A stretch of DNA of 64,000 nucleotides, from positions 111,662,001-111,726,000 of the forward strand of contig OZ024740.1 of assembly GCA_964016885.1 (NCBI GenBank), given 5' to 3'. The stretch comes from Eledone cirrhosa (lineage: Eukaryota). Positions 12,249-26,526 of this stretch are shown piece by piece. The position numbers were made by a program, and so were the translations under genes. Numbering within the stretch: the first letter of the stretch is position 1; each line of letters opens with the position of its first letter. Below the pieces are notes generated by a model. That model did not search any database and had not been told where the DNA came from. It worked only from the letters and a program-made list of their open reading frames with translations.

Positions 12249-12891
12249 CTGTGTGTTTATAAATATCACGGGAGAAGTCAGGGTAGGGGAGAGGGAGGAG
12301 TGGTGGTGGTTCAAAAACACGTTGATTTTGCTAAAACATGATGGGCCTGGGTAGATAAATAGTAGCAACCCCGCCTTCGCAGGGACTTTTTGGTTTCTTT
12401 TTCCAGAGAATTACGAATGGCTAACATGCGACCATAGGCATTAAAACGAAATAACTAAACAAACACATATATAGAAAAGATAAGTAAATAGATATATGAA
12501 TGAAATGATTAAAAGACAAAGCCAGTGACGTGATCATCAAATGCAGCCTGGAAGATAGATAGGACATGATGCAGCAAGCATCCATCCACACACCCATCGC
12601 CTTTTCCCATCACTAGATTTCCTGTAGACAACGGGAATCTAATCAGATTGTTAGCAACATTATCGCAAACTTTACGCCACGTTGATTCCCTTCTGCCGAA
12701 CCAAACGAACGAAGGGGTACATATTGTTTGTGAAGAAAATAAATATAACAATATATCTATATGTATGTATGAATGTATGTATGTATGAATGTATGTATGT
12801 ATGAATGTATGTATGTATGTCTACACACACAGACGTACATGCATATGTAGACGTTTATATATATATATATATATGTGTGTGTGTATATATC

Positions 12892-12928
<37 letters not shown>

Positions 12929-12955
12929 ATATATATATGTATATATATATATATA

Positions 12956-13598
12956 TATCAAGATAAGCAGAACAAGTAAAATTCAACCAATTTTTCAAAA
13001 TAAGTCAAAATTAATTTACAATTAAAATTAATCAAAATTAAAAAATATAATATAAATATTTACCTATTCAAGTGGCCCTTACTGTACAGTTTCACTTTGC
13101 AAAACATTAGATATCACATGGATATTAATGGAAAAACAAAGATTATCAGAGAAGCATTTTCCTTTCCTAGGGTTAAAAACCTCAGGAACGATAAAATATA
13201 TGACCTCACTCCTACTAATACAGGTCTGAAAGGTCGTGAAAGTGACCCATAAATACGTTGGTGTAAAGTGAAGGCGGGAAATCGTCGACTTGTTGTCTAT
13301 GTTCGCTACCAAAAAAAAAAAAAAAAAAAAAATTACCAGCTAGATAGAACGACAGAATTTTTTCTCTACATAACGGAGATAATGAATAAAGTTAATATAT
13401 CTGAGGGTACAATGTACCCCCAGAAATACATAGGTTGTCTATGATTCAAGGTGGTTCTATGGTAATAATTTGATATACCAGAACTTAATATCAAGATAAG
13501 CAGAACAAGTAAAATTCAACCAATTTTTCAAAATAAATCAAAATTAATTTACAATTAAAATTAATCAAAATTAAAAAATATAATATAAATATTTACCT
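12956..13598. repeat. ~105-bp direct repeat pair (about 12956-13063 and 13489-13598)
   Basis: ATCAAGATAAGCAGAACAAGTAAAATTCAACC…AAATATTTACCT occurs twice, nearly identical, bracketing ~425 bp. Confidence 0.85.
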
Positions 13599-13888
13599 TA
13601 TATATGTATATATATATGTGTGTGTGTATAAAAAATATATATATATATGAATTAATATATACACATACATATATATGTATACACACACATACACATACAT
13701 ATATATATATTAGGGCGGGTCGATATAATTCCCCATAATATATATATATATATATGTCACCATTGAGTATCTTCCAAATCAATAACACTAGATATGTATA
13801 TGACATTGTGTGCTTTCATATACATTTAGTACCGAATACTTGAAGAAATAGAAATAAGTATGTAAATGCGACACCAGCAATATATACG

Positions 13889-13953
<65 letters not shown>

Positions 13954-13958
13954 AAATG

Positions 13959-14096
13959 TATGACCCCGACGGCAGAGCTCAAGCCGTTTCGACGGCTATT
14001 TCTGGACTCACTATTCCTATTACCCACTCTACTACCCTAAGTATTGAGTACTCTGGTGCGTTGTGGTCCATTTGGTTCCTTACCACAACTCCTTCG

Positions 14097-14099
<3 letters not shown>
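13959..14099 (+). repeat. ~140-bp dispersed repeat in (TA)n; other copies ~48611-48745 and 57611-57797
   Basis: GACCCCGACGGCAGAGCTCAAGCCGTTTCGACGG…CCTTACCACAACTCCTTCGTTA recurs three times, always flanked by (TA)n. Confidence 0.85.
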
Positions 14100-14136
<37 letters not shown>

Positions 14137-14445
14137 CTCATTTGCATATAGCAAGTAAAACATATATATATATATTCCTGAATTCTACGGCGTAGTGAAT
14201 AGTCACTTCCATAATTACCACCTTTCTGGTGAAGTGTGATAAATAATTAAGTATTGCATAGGATTGAACAGTATATTGTAGTGTACATATGTAGACAATT
14301 ATAATAGTCACGGAAACATATGTTATAGCAAATAAATGCCGAATCTCATTTCTTGCCTATGTTTTATTTGTCTTGGTTAAATACTTGCTTTTACAAATAT
14401 ATATATATACAGTGACTATATTTCCATTATTTATTTTCAGAATAA

Positions 14446-15501
14446 TTGATTATGAATAATTTTGAATCTCTAAATTTGTGGAAGAGACACGGAGTTCTTC
14501 TCGGAATCCGTGCCGGGAGGACAAATAAAGAAATTTCAGACTTTCTCAGCGTCAGCAGGAGAATGGTGGAAAAGGTCAGAAAGGAATTGAAAGATTCAGG
14601 ATTCGACTACGAATCAACATCAGAGAGGAAAACACATGACCGACGATCTGACGCCTTCAGAACGCCCAAGTTCGTCGCTGAAGTTCAGGATATCATCAAC
14701 AATGAACCTAGAAAATGGATGCGTGCCATTGCAAGGGAGAAAGGCGTGGATGAAAAGCTCATTAGGCTGGTGGTACATGAAGACATTCGCTACGTTTCAT
14801 ACAAGATGAGGAAAGGACAATTTCTGTCAAAGGTGATGCAAGAAAAGCGACTGAAGCACGCAAAGAAGTTGATCAACAAGTTGAAAGACCCACTGGAGCC
14901 AGACATGCTGTGGTTTTTCTCCGACGAGAAAAACTTCTGCCAAGACCAGAAGATCAACTCCCAGAACAATAGGTAGCTCGCTGTCTCATCCAAAGACGTG
15001 CCTAGAGTCATGCAGACAAAGTTTCCAGCGACAACATTGGTATTAGGTGTCGTCAGCAGTCAAGGTGACGTCGTTCCACCTCACTTCTTCCCTGAGGGCC
15101 TCAAGATGAACATCGATGGCTACATCCGCGTTCTGAGCGAGGTAGTAAAGCCCTGGATCGACCAGGTAGCTTCAGGTAGGCTGTACGTGTGGCAGAAAGA
15201 CTCAGCGCCCTGTCATACCAGCCGAAAGACCCAAGCCTGGCTGTGAGAGAACTTCGTCGACCACACTTCACCTGACATCTGGCCTCCCAGCTTGCCTGAC
15301 TGCAACCCCCTCGACTTCTTTATGTGGGGCGCAGTGGAACGAGACACCAACAGATCTAACTGCAATACGAAAGAGGATCTGAAGGCCAGGATCACAAGTG
15401 CCTTTAGGGGCCTAAGTCGGAGGACAGTGACGAAGGCCTGTAGCCGGTTCCGAGGCCGCTTTGAGGCCGTCATCAAAGCTAATGGTGGGTTTATCGAGTG
15501 A
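14446..15501 (+). pseudogene. Tc1/mariner-superfamily transposase, DD37D (maT-like), with two in-frame stops
   Basis: ORFs 14446, 14998 and 15292 share one frame; HTH-like N-terminus, WFFSDEKNF, WQKDSAPCH, WPPSLPDCNPLDF; 37 codons counted between the 2nd and 3rd Asp; stops at 14974 and 15244. Confidence 0.92.
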
Positions 15502-15682
15502 GATCGAAAGAACAAGCCATGAAGACAAACTGACCCAAGTTTGATAAATATATCTTAAAAAATAAAACTACTGTGTAACTTTTTCCTAGACAGTAATCTT
15601 GCGAACAAATATCATCCGCATTCTGTATTTATATACATGTGTGTGCAGGTTGTGAGTCTGTGTTTATGTGTGTGTCCGTAAG

Positions 15683-15719
<37 letters not shown>

Positions 15720-16065
15720 TATGTGTGCGTGTGTGTCTGTTTTCTGCTTTTGTTCGTGCGTGTGAATATTTGTAAGGATGTATAGAAATAATGACATCAA
15801 TCCATAAATACGTGCTCTCTGAAACCCCAGCCCATGTTAGTAGTGGTGGTGTTGGTGTTGGTGTTGGTGGGGAATAACAGCAATTGTCGGAAGGTATTGT
15901 ATCAATGAGGATGGTCATGGGGATTATAGTTATCTTTCTATATTAGATTATCCCCCTAAAATATTTAGATATGCTTTTGAAGTCACAGTTACACCCAGCC
16001 AGATATACACACAAAGAAACATCACAACATATGTAGAAATATGCATGTGTCTGGATGTGTGTACA

Positions 16066-16167
<102 letters not shown>

Positions 16168-16408
16168 TATATGCACATATACATATTTACATACAGGCAT
16201 ACATCTCAAACTGCACTTCTGTGATACAGATATGAGCCGAGTACTTAGATATTTTTTTTATATTAAAAAAGTAACACAAACTTAGCGATTATATATTAGT
16301 GGAAGAGGGAAGTTGGAAGACGAGAGTAATGGAAAAGAGTTATGAGGGTTAAAGAGAATGAGAAGTTAAGTTGAATCGTATATATTTGTGTCTGTGTGTG
16401 TCTGTATA

Positions 16409-16485
<77 letters not shown>

Positions 16486-16869
16486 AGGCAGACAGACAGT
16501 CAGAGAGAATTGAATGAAAATGTATATAAAATTTAGGAATGCCTGATTGAACAGAGAGTGTTTACAAATAATATACAAGGGTCTGAGGATATAACAAGGA
16601 GCAAAACATGAAACGCGCACATAGAAGGAAGTGAAAGTATGGCAGCAATGAGAAAAAACGGCAGACAAATTTATTGAAAGACGAAAACAAAAGAGAAGAA
16701 AGACTTTAGATAATAGGAAATGAGAGAGCGACAGCAAACGGCAAGACAGACGTATCAGAGGAAGGACTGCAAGGAAGAGGGAAATTATATGAGTGTATAT
16801 ATATATATATATATGTATATACATAAATATATATATACACTCATATATACATATACATATCAGATAGTG

Positions 16870-16910
<41 letters not shown>

Positions 16911-17657
16911 CACACGCATATATATATATACACACACACATATATATACATACACATATATATATACACTCATATATATAAGTATATATACATACATACA
17001 TATATATATATATAGTAAGAAAATATAAAACAGAAGAGATGAAATTAGCAAACATATCGATAGATGAAAATGAAAAATAAAAGAGACAATAAAAAGTTGT
17101 TGGATATAAAAGACGAAAGAGACGAATCGATGTTAACAATGAAATAAATGTCGGCTGACATATTGTGAAAAAATAAAGAATGTAACAGTGTCAATATATG
17201 GCAGAGATAATAAATATAGGCTAAAGAGCAGAGGCTTGTGGATCAAATGTGAAGGAGCTAACAATGTGATGGAAGAATGAGTCCAGAAGGATGGATGGGG
17301 GTGGACATTTTGGCAAGGATTCTGGGGCTTGTTTGTACATGGTTCTTTTCTTATTTTGTTGTTCGTAAAATTTGATTTGCGCTGAATGAGTGTGAGAGTT
17401 ATTGGCAGGTACGGAAGTAATATGAAGACTGATGGAAATCCCGGGGTAAAAAAAAAAAAACTGTATGGAGAGAGTACGGGAGAGAATTTGAGAGAGGTGT
17501 GGCGACGGGCTTGAGACAGTTCATGCTAGAAAGAGAGAAGATTGGTGGGACAGAGAGAGAGATAGAAATAGTGACAGTAACAGAGGGAAACTACAGAGAG
17601 ACAGAGAGAGAGAGAGGTGAATTAATGAGTTGAAAGATATGTATGTGTGTGTGTGTA

Positions 17658-17705
<48 letters not shown>

Positions 17706-17730
17706 TGTATGTGTGAGTGTGTGTATGTGC

Positions 17731-17791
<61 letters not shown>

Positions 17792-17875
17792 ATGACTTAA
17801 AAGACAGAGAATCAGATAGTGATTAGATATTTGTGAGTCGGTGAATAAATGAGTGCTTGGGTGATTGAGGGCGAG

Positions 17876-20800
17876 AGTGGGTGTATGAGTATGAGTGTAG
17901 GTGTATGAGTGTGAGAGTGGGTGAATGAGTGTGAGAGTGGGTGTATGAGTAGAAGACTGGGTGTATGAGTGTGAGATTGGTTGTATCAGTGTGAAAGTGG
18001 GTGTATGAGTGTGAGAGTGGGTGTATGAGTGTGAGAGTGGGTGTATGAGTCTGAGACTGGGTGTATGAGTGTGAGAGTGGGTGTATGAGTGAGAGACTGG
18101 GTGTATGAGTGTGAGAGTGGGTGTATGAGTGTGAGAGCGGGTGTATGAGTGTGAGAGTGGGTGTATGAGTGTGAGAGTGGGTGTATGAGTGTGAGAGCGG
18201 GTGTATGAGTGAGAGACTGGGTGTATGAGTGTGAGAGCGGGTGTATTAGTGTGAGAGTGGGTGTATGAGTGTGAGAGTGGGTGTATGAGTGAGAGACTGG
18301 GTGTATGAGTGAGAGACTGGGTGTATGAGTGTGAGAGTGGGTGTATGAGTGTGAGAGTGGGTGTATGAGTGTGAGAGCGGGTGTATGAGTGTGAGAGTGG
18401 GTGTATGAGTGTGAGAGTGGGTGTATGAGTGTGAGAGTAGGTGTATGAGTGTGAGAGTGGGTGTATGAGTGTGAGACTGGGTGTATGAGTGTGAGAGTGG
18501 GTGTATGAGTGTGAGAGCGGGTGTATTAGTGTGAGAGTGGGTGTATGAGTGTGAGAGTGGGTGTATGAGTGTGAGACTGGGTGTATGAGTGTGAGAGTGG
18601 GTGTATGAGTGTGAGAGCGGGTGTATTAGTGTGAGAGTGGGTGTATTAGTGTGAGAGTGGGTGTATGAGTGAGAGACTGGGTGTATGAGTGTGAGAGTGG
18701 GTGTATGAGTGTGAGACTGGGTGTATGAGTGAGAGACTGGGTGTATGAGTGTGAGAGTGGGTGTATGAGCGTGAGATTGGGTGTATGAGTGTGGGACTGG
18801 GTGTATGAGTGTGAGAGTGGGTGTATGAGTGTGAGACTGGTTGTATGAGTGTGAAAGTGGGTGTATGTGTGTGAGAGCGGGTGTATGAGTGTGAGAGCGG
18901 ATGTATGAGTGTGAGAGTGGGTGTATGAGTATGAGAGTGGGTGTATGAGTGAGAGACTGCGTGTATGAGTGTGAGAGTGGGTGTATGAGTCTGAGAGTGG
19001 GTGTATGAGTGTGGGAGTGGGTGAATGAGTGTGAGAGTGGGTGTATGAGTAGAAGACTGGGTGTATGAGTGTGAGATTGGTTGTATCAGTGTGAAAGTGG
19101 GTGTATGAGTGTGAGAGTGGGTGTATGAGTGTGAGAGTGGGTGTATGAGTGAGAGACTGGGTGTATGAGTGTGAGAGTGGGTGTATGAGTGTGAAAGTGG
19201 GTGTATGAGTGTGAGAGCGGGTGTATGAGTGTGAGAGTGGGTGTATGAGTGTGAGAGTGGGTGTATGAGTGTGAGAGCGGGTGTATGAGTGAGAGACTGG
19301 GTGTATGAGTGTGAGACTGGGTGTATGAGTGTGAGAGTGGGTGTATGAGTGTGAGAGCGGGTGTATTAGTGTGAGAGTGGGTGTATGAGTGAGAGACTGG
19401 GTGTATGAGTGAGAGACTGGGTGTATGAGTGTGAGAGTGGGTGTATGAGTGTGAGAGTGGGTGTATGAGTGTGAGAGCGGGTGTATGAGTGTGAGAGTGG
19501 GTGTATGAGTGTGAGAGTGGGTGTATGAGTGTGAGAGCGGGTGTATGAGTGAGAGACTGGGTGTATGAGTGTGAGACTGGGTGTATGAGTGTGAGAGTGG
19601 GTGTATGAGTGTGAGAGCGGGTGTATTAGTGTGAGAGTGGGTGTATGAGTGTGAGAGTGGGTGTATGAGTGAGAGACTGGGTGTATGAGTGTGAGAGTGG
19701 GTGTATGAGTGTGAGACTGGGTGTATGAGTGAGAGACTGGGTGTATGAGTGTGAGAGTGGGTGTATGAGCGTGAGAGTGGGTGTATGTGTGTGAGAGTGG
19801 GTGTATGAGTGTGAGAGTGGGTTTATGAGTGTGAGATTGGGTGTATGAGTGTGGGACTGGGTGTATGAGTGTGAGAGTGGGTGTATGAGTGTGAGACTGG
19901 TTGTATGAGTGTGAGAGTGGGTGTATGTGTGTGAGAGCGGCTGTATGAGTGTGAGAGCGGATGTATGAGTGTGAGAGTGGGTGTATGAGTATGAGAGTGG
20001 GTGTATGAGTGAGAGACTGCGTGTATGAGTGTGAGAGTGGGTGTATGAGTCTGAGAGTGGGTGTATGACTGTGGGAGTGGGTGTATGAGTGTGAGACTGG
20101 GTGTATGAGTGAGAGACTGGGTGTATGAGTGTGAGAGTGGGTGTATGTGTGTGAGAGTGGGTGTATGTGTGTGAGAGTGGGTGTATGAGTGTGAGACTGG
20201 GTATATGAGTGTGAGAGTGGGTGTATGTGTGTGAGAGTGGGTGTATGAGTGAGAGACTGGGTGTATGAGTGTGAGACTGGGTGTATGAGTGTGAGAGTGG
20301 GTGTATGGGTGCGAGAGTGGGTGTATGAGTGTAAAAGCGGGTGTATGAGTGTGAGAGTAGGTGTATGAGTGTGAGAGTGGGTGTATGAGTGTGAGACTGG
20401 GTGTATGAGTGTGAGAGTGGGTGTATGTGTGTGAGAGTGGGTTTATGAGTGTGAGAGTGGGTGTATGAGAGTGGGTATATGAGTGTGAGAGTGGGTGTAT
20501 GAGTGTGAGAGTGGGTGTATGAGTGTGAGAATGGGTGTAGGAGTGTGGATGTATGAGTGTGAGTGTGGGTGTATGAGTGTGAGAGTGGGTATATGAGTGT
20601 GAGAGTTGGTGTATAAGTGTGAGTGTGGGTGTATGAGTGTCAGTGTGGGTGTATGAGTGTGAAAGTTGGTGTATGAGTGTGAGAGTGGGTGTATGAGTGT
20701 GAGAGTAGGTGTATGAGTGTCAGTGTGGGTGTATGTGTGTGAGTGTGGGTGTATGAGTGTGATACTGGGTGTATGAGTGTGAGACTGGGTGTATGGGTGC

Positions 20801-21168
20801 GAGAGTGGGTGTATGAGTGTGAGACTGGGTGTATGAGTGAGAGACTGGGTGTATGAGTGTGAGAGTGGGTGTATGAGTGTGAGAGTGGGTGTATGAGTGT
20901 GAGAGTGGGTGTATGAGTGCGAGAGTGGGTGTATGAGTGTGAGAGTGGGTGTATGAGTGTGAGGGTGGGTGTATGAGTGTGAGAGTGGGTGTATGAGTGT
21001 GAGAGCGGGTGTATGAGTGTGAGAGTGGGTGTATGAGTGTGAGAGCGTGTGTATGATTGCGAGAGTTGTATGAGTGTGAGAGCGGCTGTATGAGTGCGAG
21101 AGTTGTATGAGTGTGAGAGCGGGTGTATGAGTGCGAGAGTTGTATGAGTGTGAGAGTGGGTGTATGAG
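17876..21168. repeat. 20-bp minisatellite (GTGTATGAGTGTGAGAGTGG)n, ~165 units
   Basis: Strict 20-bp phase across consecutive lines; degenerates after 20460. Confidence 0.97.
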
Positions 21169-21174
21169 TACATT

Positions 21175-21232
21175 ACTGGTACTTTATTTTATCGACCCCG
21201 TATGGATGAAATGCAAAGTTAACCTCGACGGG
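21175..21232 (-). mobile_element. Octopus-type SINE 3' fragment
   Basis: ACTGGTACTTTATTTTATCGACCCC…GGATGAAA…AAAGTTAACCTCG matches the copy at 58580-58765. Confidence 0.7.
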
Positions 21233-22093
21233 AGTGTGAGAAATAATGCGTGAGTAATTGTGTGATCGAATGGATGTGTGACTGAATGTGTAAGAGGGTG
21301 AGTGAATGTCTGGATATGAGGGTGAGTGACTGTGTTAGTAATAAGCATGTGGCTGTGTGAGTGAGTGACAGAGTACGTGCATGATTGTTGAGTGTATGAT
21401 TGTCTGAGAGAATCGGTGAGTGTGTGAGTGGGCGACTACGAGTGAGAATTGGTGAATGGAAATATGAATGTGTGATTGCGTGAGACAGAACATCTAAATT
21501 GTACAAAATTGACCTCTTTATAAGCTCCAACGCTTTTGCCGTTTTTTCCTCTCGTCTGCTTCATTTTTTCCGTTGCAAAGTCTTCTTCAGGCCTCTCTTT
21601 AGCATCTTTTATCCCTATGACATTTTTGAGTGGGAAAATATTAGTGATCTCTACAAATATATATGAAAACCTGGGTAGAATCTCTAAGCTGGAGACGATC
21701 AGAATTTGAGGGAGTTTCCTTCCGTTGGAGTCCGGGCTAAAAATCTTGAGGAAATTAGAGAAATAGAGGAGGAAAACAATGGTGACTTACATTGCAGAAT
21801 GACATGGGGGAAGTGCAATATAACAATGACGTCTTACATCGTGGACAAATGACATACCGGAAGTGCAACCTAACAATAGTGAAATATTTTTGTATTTTCC
21901 TCTCACAGGCTCACCACTACTCATGTTTAAATTTCTAATTTTCATTCCATAGTCTTAAATGTCCTCTTGCCTTAATGTTCACTACTTTCAAAAAACAGTA
22001 TTTATTATTAGTTGCTTCATTCCATTTGTCATTTTAATTTTCGACCTATTTTCCTTCTTCGCTTTCTATTTTATATTCATGTAATGTTTGTTA

Positions 22094-22182
<89 letters not shown>

Positions 22183-22797
22183 TGTGTGTGTGCGTGTGTG
22201 CATTTATGTATGTATTAATAAACACATATATAAATATATATGTCAACAAACATACACACACACACACATACATGCATATATATGTTTATGAATTAAGGAT
22301 ATCATCATAGTTTAAGGTCCTTATATATATATATATATATATATATGCTTGTTTTCTCCTCTTCCTCACATTTAATCCGGTCTGTCATTTAACTGTCTTC
22401 TGTAACGAAATATTGTTCGCGCTTTTCACTCCCTCACTCCGTCACACCGTCACACTCTTACTCCCTCCCTCACTCACTCGCTTTCTGAGACTCTCAATCA
22501 CCCCTCACTCCCTCAGACTTTCATGCCATATCAATGTAAAACAAATAAATAAATGCATAATTTTTAATTTTCAAAAATTTCAATACGAAAAGGAACTAGA
22601 CATGACATAATTACATGCTATCAAATTTGAGCAGAAAAATAAAAAAGGAGAAAGACAACGGAATATAATATCAAACAACAACAACTACCCAACCAACAGA
22701 ACTGAAAACAAAAACGAATATAAAATTGTAAAAGTGTAAAAAGCACGTGTTCGATCTTTACGTGTCTTATTCTGGTATGTGCGTGTGTCTATCTGTT

Positions 22798-22880
<83 letters not shown>

Positions 22881-22882
22881 TA

Positions 22883-22919
<37 letters not shown>

Positions 22920-23449
22920 GACATACATATATATAGATACATATACATAGATAAATATACTCACTCACACACACATACATATATATATAAAGAGAAAGAG
23001 GGAGATATTACATTATATAATGTACTCTGTGTGTATGTATGTGTGGATGTGTGGGTGCGTATGAATGAGTATGTGCGCGTGCATGTCTGCGTGTGCGTGC
23101 GCGCGCGTGTGTGTGTCCTCTTGTTATTCGTGTTTAAGACAAAAGGGCAAGAGGGTACCCAGTTGCTATTTTGTAATTCAGTCTCTTAAATGTGACGATG
23201 ATTTAAATATCTTGCAGAATGTTAACCTGTTTGGAGGAAATTATTCCATTTCCGTTAATATGTATTTGAATGTTGGCCAGTGCCATTCCAGTTTTGGCTG
23301 AATCATGACAATTTTTATAAGGGTAGACAGGAGACTGAGAAGCGATAGGAGAGAGAGAGAGAGAGAGAGGCAGAGAGGGAGAAGGTTGAAATAGAATCAG
23401 CATGTTTGTTTAAGCAGCTGAATTGGAGTGAGATACAGAAAGGAAGTGA

Positions 23450-24300
23450 GAATGAGAGAGGTAATGAGTGCTAGGAAGAGTAAGAGAGGTACAGAGTGAG
23501 AGTGAGAGAGGTACTACGTGTGAGGGAGAGTGGGAGAGGTACTGCGTGTGAGGGAGAGTAAGAGAGGTACTGTGTGTGGGGGAGAGTAAGAGAGGTAATG
23601 TGTGTGAGGGAGAGTAAGAGATGTACGGAGTGAGAGTGAGAGAGGTACTGCGTGTGAGGGAGAGGGAGAGAGGTACTGTGTGTGAGGGAGAGTGAGAGAG
23701 GTACGGAGTGAGAGTGAGAGAAGTACAGAGTGAGAGTGAGAGAGGTACTGCGTGTGAGGGAGAGTGAGAGAGGTACTGTGTGTGAGGAAGAGTAAGAGAG
23801 GTACGGAGTGAGAGAGAGAGAGATACTGCGTGTGAGGGAGAGTGAGAGACGTACTGTGTATGAGGAAGAGTAAGAGAGGTACGGAGTAAGAGTGAGAGAA
23901 GTACTGTGTGTGAGGGAGAGTGGGAGAAGTACTGTGTGTGAGGGAGAGTGAGAGAGGTATGGAGTGAGAGAAGTACTGAATGTGAGTGAGAGAGGTACTG
24001 AGTGTGAGGGAGAGAGATATTAAGTGTGATGGAGAGCGGCACTGAGTGTGAGTGAGAGAGGTACTGAGTGAGAGTGAGAGAGGTGTAATGAGTGTGAGTG
24101 AGAGAGGTATTAAGTGAGATGGAGTCATGTACTTAATGGGAGGGAGGGAGATAAGTGTGATGGAGAGAGATACTGAATCTGAGTGAGAGAGGAACAGAGT
24201 GTAATGGAGAGTGTGAGTGAGATTGAGAGATGCACTGAGTGTGGTATTGAGTGTGAAGGTGGGATGTACTGAGTGAAGTGGAGAGAGACAGCGAGAGAGC
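23450..24300. repeat. Degenerate GA/GT-rich minisatellite (GAGAGGTACTGTGTGTGAGGGAGAGT-like units)
   Basis: GAGAGGTAC motif recurs every ~24-30 bp. Confidence 0.85.
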
Positions 24301-24996
24301 TGAAAGAGAGAAGATTGTGCTAAGTTTAGCCAATTGTGAACGATAATTGGGACATGCGATGAAAGGCAAAGAGAAAGCGAGAGAGAAATAGAGAGAAGGG
24401 GAGGGGGACAGTTCGTGCCAGAAAGAGAGAGGAGATGGGTGGGACAGAGAGGAAAATAGAGAGAGGGGGCATGGGACAGAAAGAGAGAGAATATGAGTGG
24501 GACATAGAGATGGAAATAGAGATAGAGAGAGTAACGGAGGGAGAAATTGAGAGGGAGGGGGGCGGTCTTGAGACAGTTCATGCTAGAAAGAGAGACAGAA
24601 GATGTGTGGGACAAAGAGGGAGATAGAGATAGAGGCAGTACCAGAGAAAGAGAGGGGTGATGAAAAAGGTGGTAGAGAAAACGTGAGTAAGAAGGGAAAG
24701 GCAGATGAGTGTATATGCATGTATATGAATCAATGTGCATTTCTGTAGATGTGTACAGTTGTGTGCGTGTGAATACATGTGCACGCGTATGTGATGTGCA
24801 TGTGTGTATCTAAATATTCATGAAAATTAGGTTCGTTCGAAAAATCTGATTACCTCATTATAGAAGCATTAAATAGGAAGAGAAAAGCATTCAAATATCA
24901 TTTTAACAAACATAGTTTAAAAGTATTCGAGAAACAACCATTTTCATTACAAATACCGCCATCAGCCCCCCCCCCCCTTCTGTATCTAATGAGGTA

Positions 24997-25055
<59 letters not shown>

Positions 25056-25463
25056 TACATATACACATGTATGTGTGTCTGTGTGGTTATATTTACACAC
25101 ATACACACACATACATACACATATATATATAGAGATATATATATATACATATATACATATACACATGTATGTGTCTGTGTGGTTATATTTACACACATAC
25201 ACACACATACACACACATACACACACACACACACATATATATCGACACACACAAGAGTATGATTGACTACCCATTATTAGCATGCAGATAAAAAAACATT
25301 TATGCAGTGGTGATCATCACGACAGAGAACGCTTACACGCGATATTTGACATTGCAACGGTATCTACCCTAATTAGTTCACTATAAACAGACGTCCGTAC
25401 GTACACACACTTGCACATACAGATACATAGTGATGTGCAGAAATGTGTATTTAATCGTATATA

Positions 25464-25496
<33 letters not shown>

Positions 25497-25802
25497 GTGT
25501 GTGGGTGTGGGTGTGGGTGTGGGTGTGGGTGTGGGTGTGTGGGTGTGGTTGTGGGTATGGGTGTGGGTGTGGAGATACAATCCAAAACCTTGTGAATGAA
25601 ATTTGGTGGTCGGAAACTGGAGACTCCCGTTGGAAAAATATTTTCCCGTTTTTTGGCCATACTACTCTCGTCTAGCTTTCTATTTCTTTTATCTTTCAAT
25701 CTGTGTTCTGATGAAGGACTAACATCGAAAGGTTAAAATTATTTTCCTGCTATATCAAGCGTTAAATCAATTGATATCTTCATTGTACTATATCGCCTCC
25801 GT

Positions 25803-25960
<158 letters not shown>

Positions 25961-25979
25961 TGTGTGTGTGTGTGTGTGT

Positions 25980-26350
25980 GTTTGTACAGTTATTACATGT
26001 TCAACTTTTGAAATGTTTTTACATATTTTACATTTCTATTAATGTCCTCCACATGGATCTTCCTAACTAGCCGTGTTCTTTCTGATTTAGATTTGAGCTG
26101 AGGCAATTAGTAACATATCCAAGAAGCCCAATAATCAGAGGTACATATCTAAAGGTATAGTCAGAATGCAATATCTGCAGATTCTGCATTTGTTGAACGT
26201 AAATGCTTTCTTTTACGTTAATCTTTAGTAATATGTTGACATCTGCTTGGCAATTGATTTCCACTACTGTACAAGCTCCTTATCTGCGATATCACTATGT
26301 CTGGTCTATTATGTTTTTATTGGGGGAACATGCCAGCATTACTATTTCAT
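25980..26350 (-). mobile_element. R4/Dong-like RLE retrotransposon 3' relic
   Basis: EINCQADVNILLKINVKESIY..LQILHSDYTFRYVPLIIGLLGYV aligns with the C-terminus of the 29629-31651 ORF (EISCPLDVNVVRKIQEKEDIY..LQIQYPRYTFSFIPIIIGATGYI). Confidence 0.8.
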
Positions 26351-26411
26351 ATTATGTATGCATATGCCCTCCTTATCGCTCTAAACTTTTATATTTTTTA
26401 TTGTATATATG

Positions 26412-26526
<115 letters not shown>

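Noticed and set aside
21480-21652. Possible host exon on the - strand (TTTGTAG acceptor, open frame ..KDAKERPEEDFATEK..)
   Set aside because: No recognisable homology or clear donor site; cannot be supported without RNA data
20640-24740. His/Ser/Thr/Leu-rich ORFs of 177-408 aa
   Set aside because: Translations of minisatellites, with no domain signal
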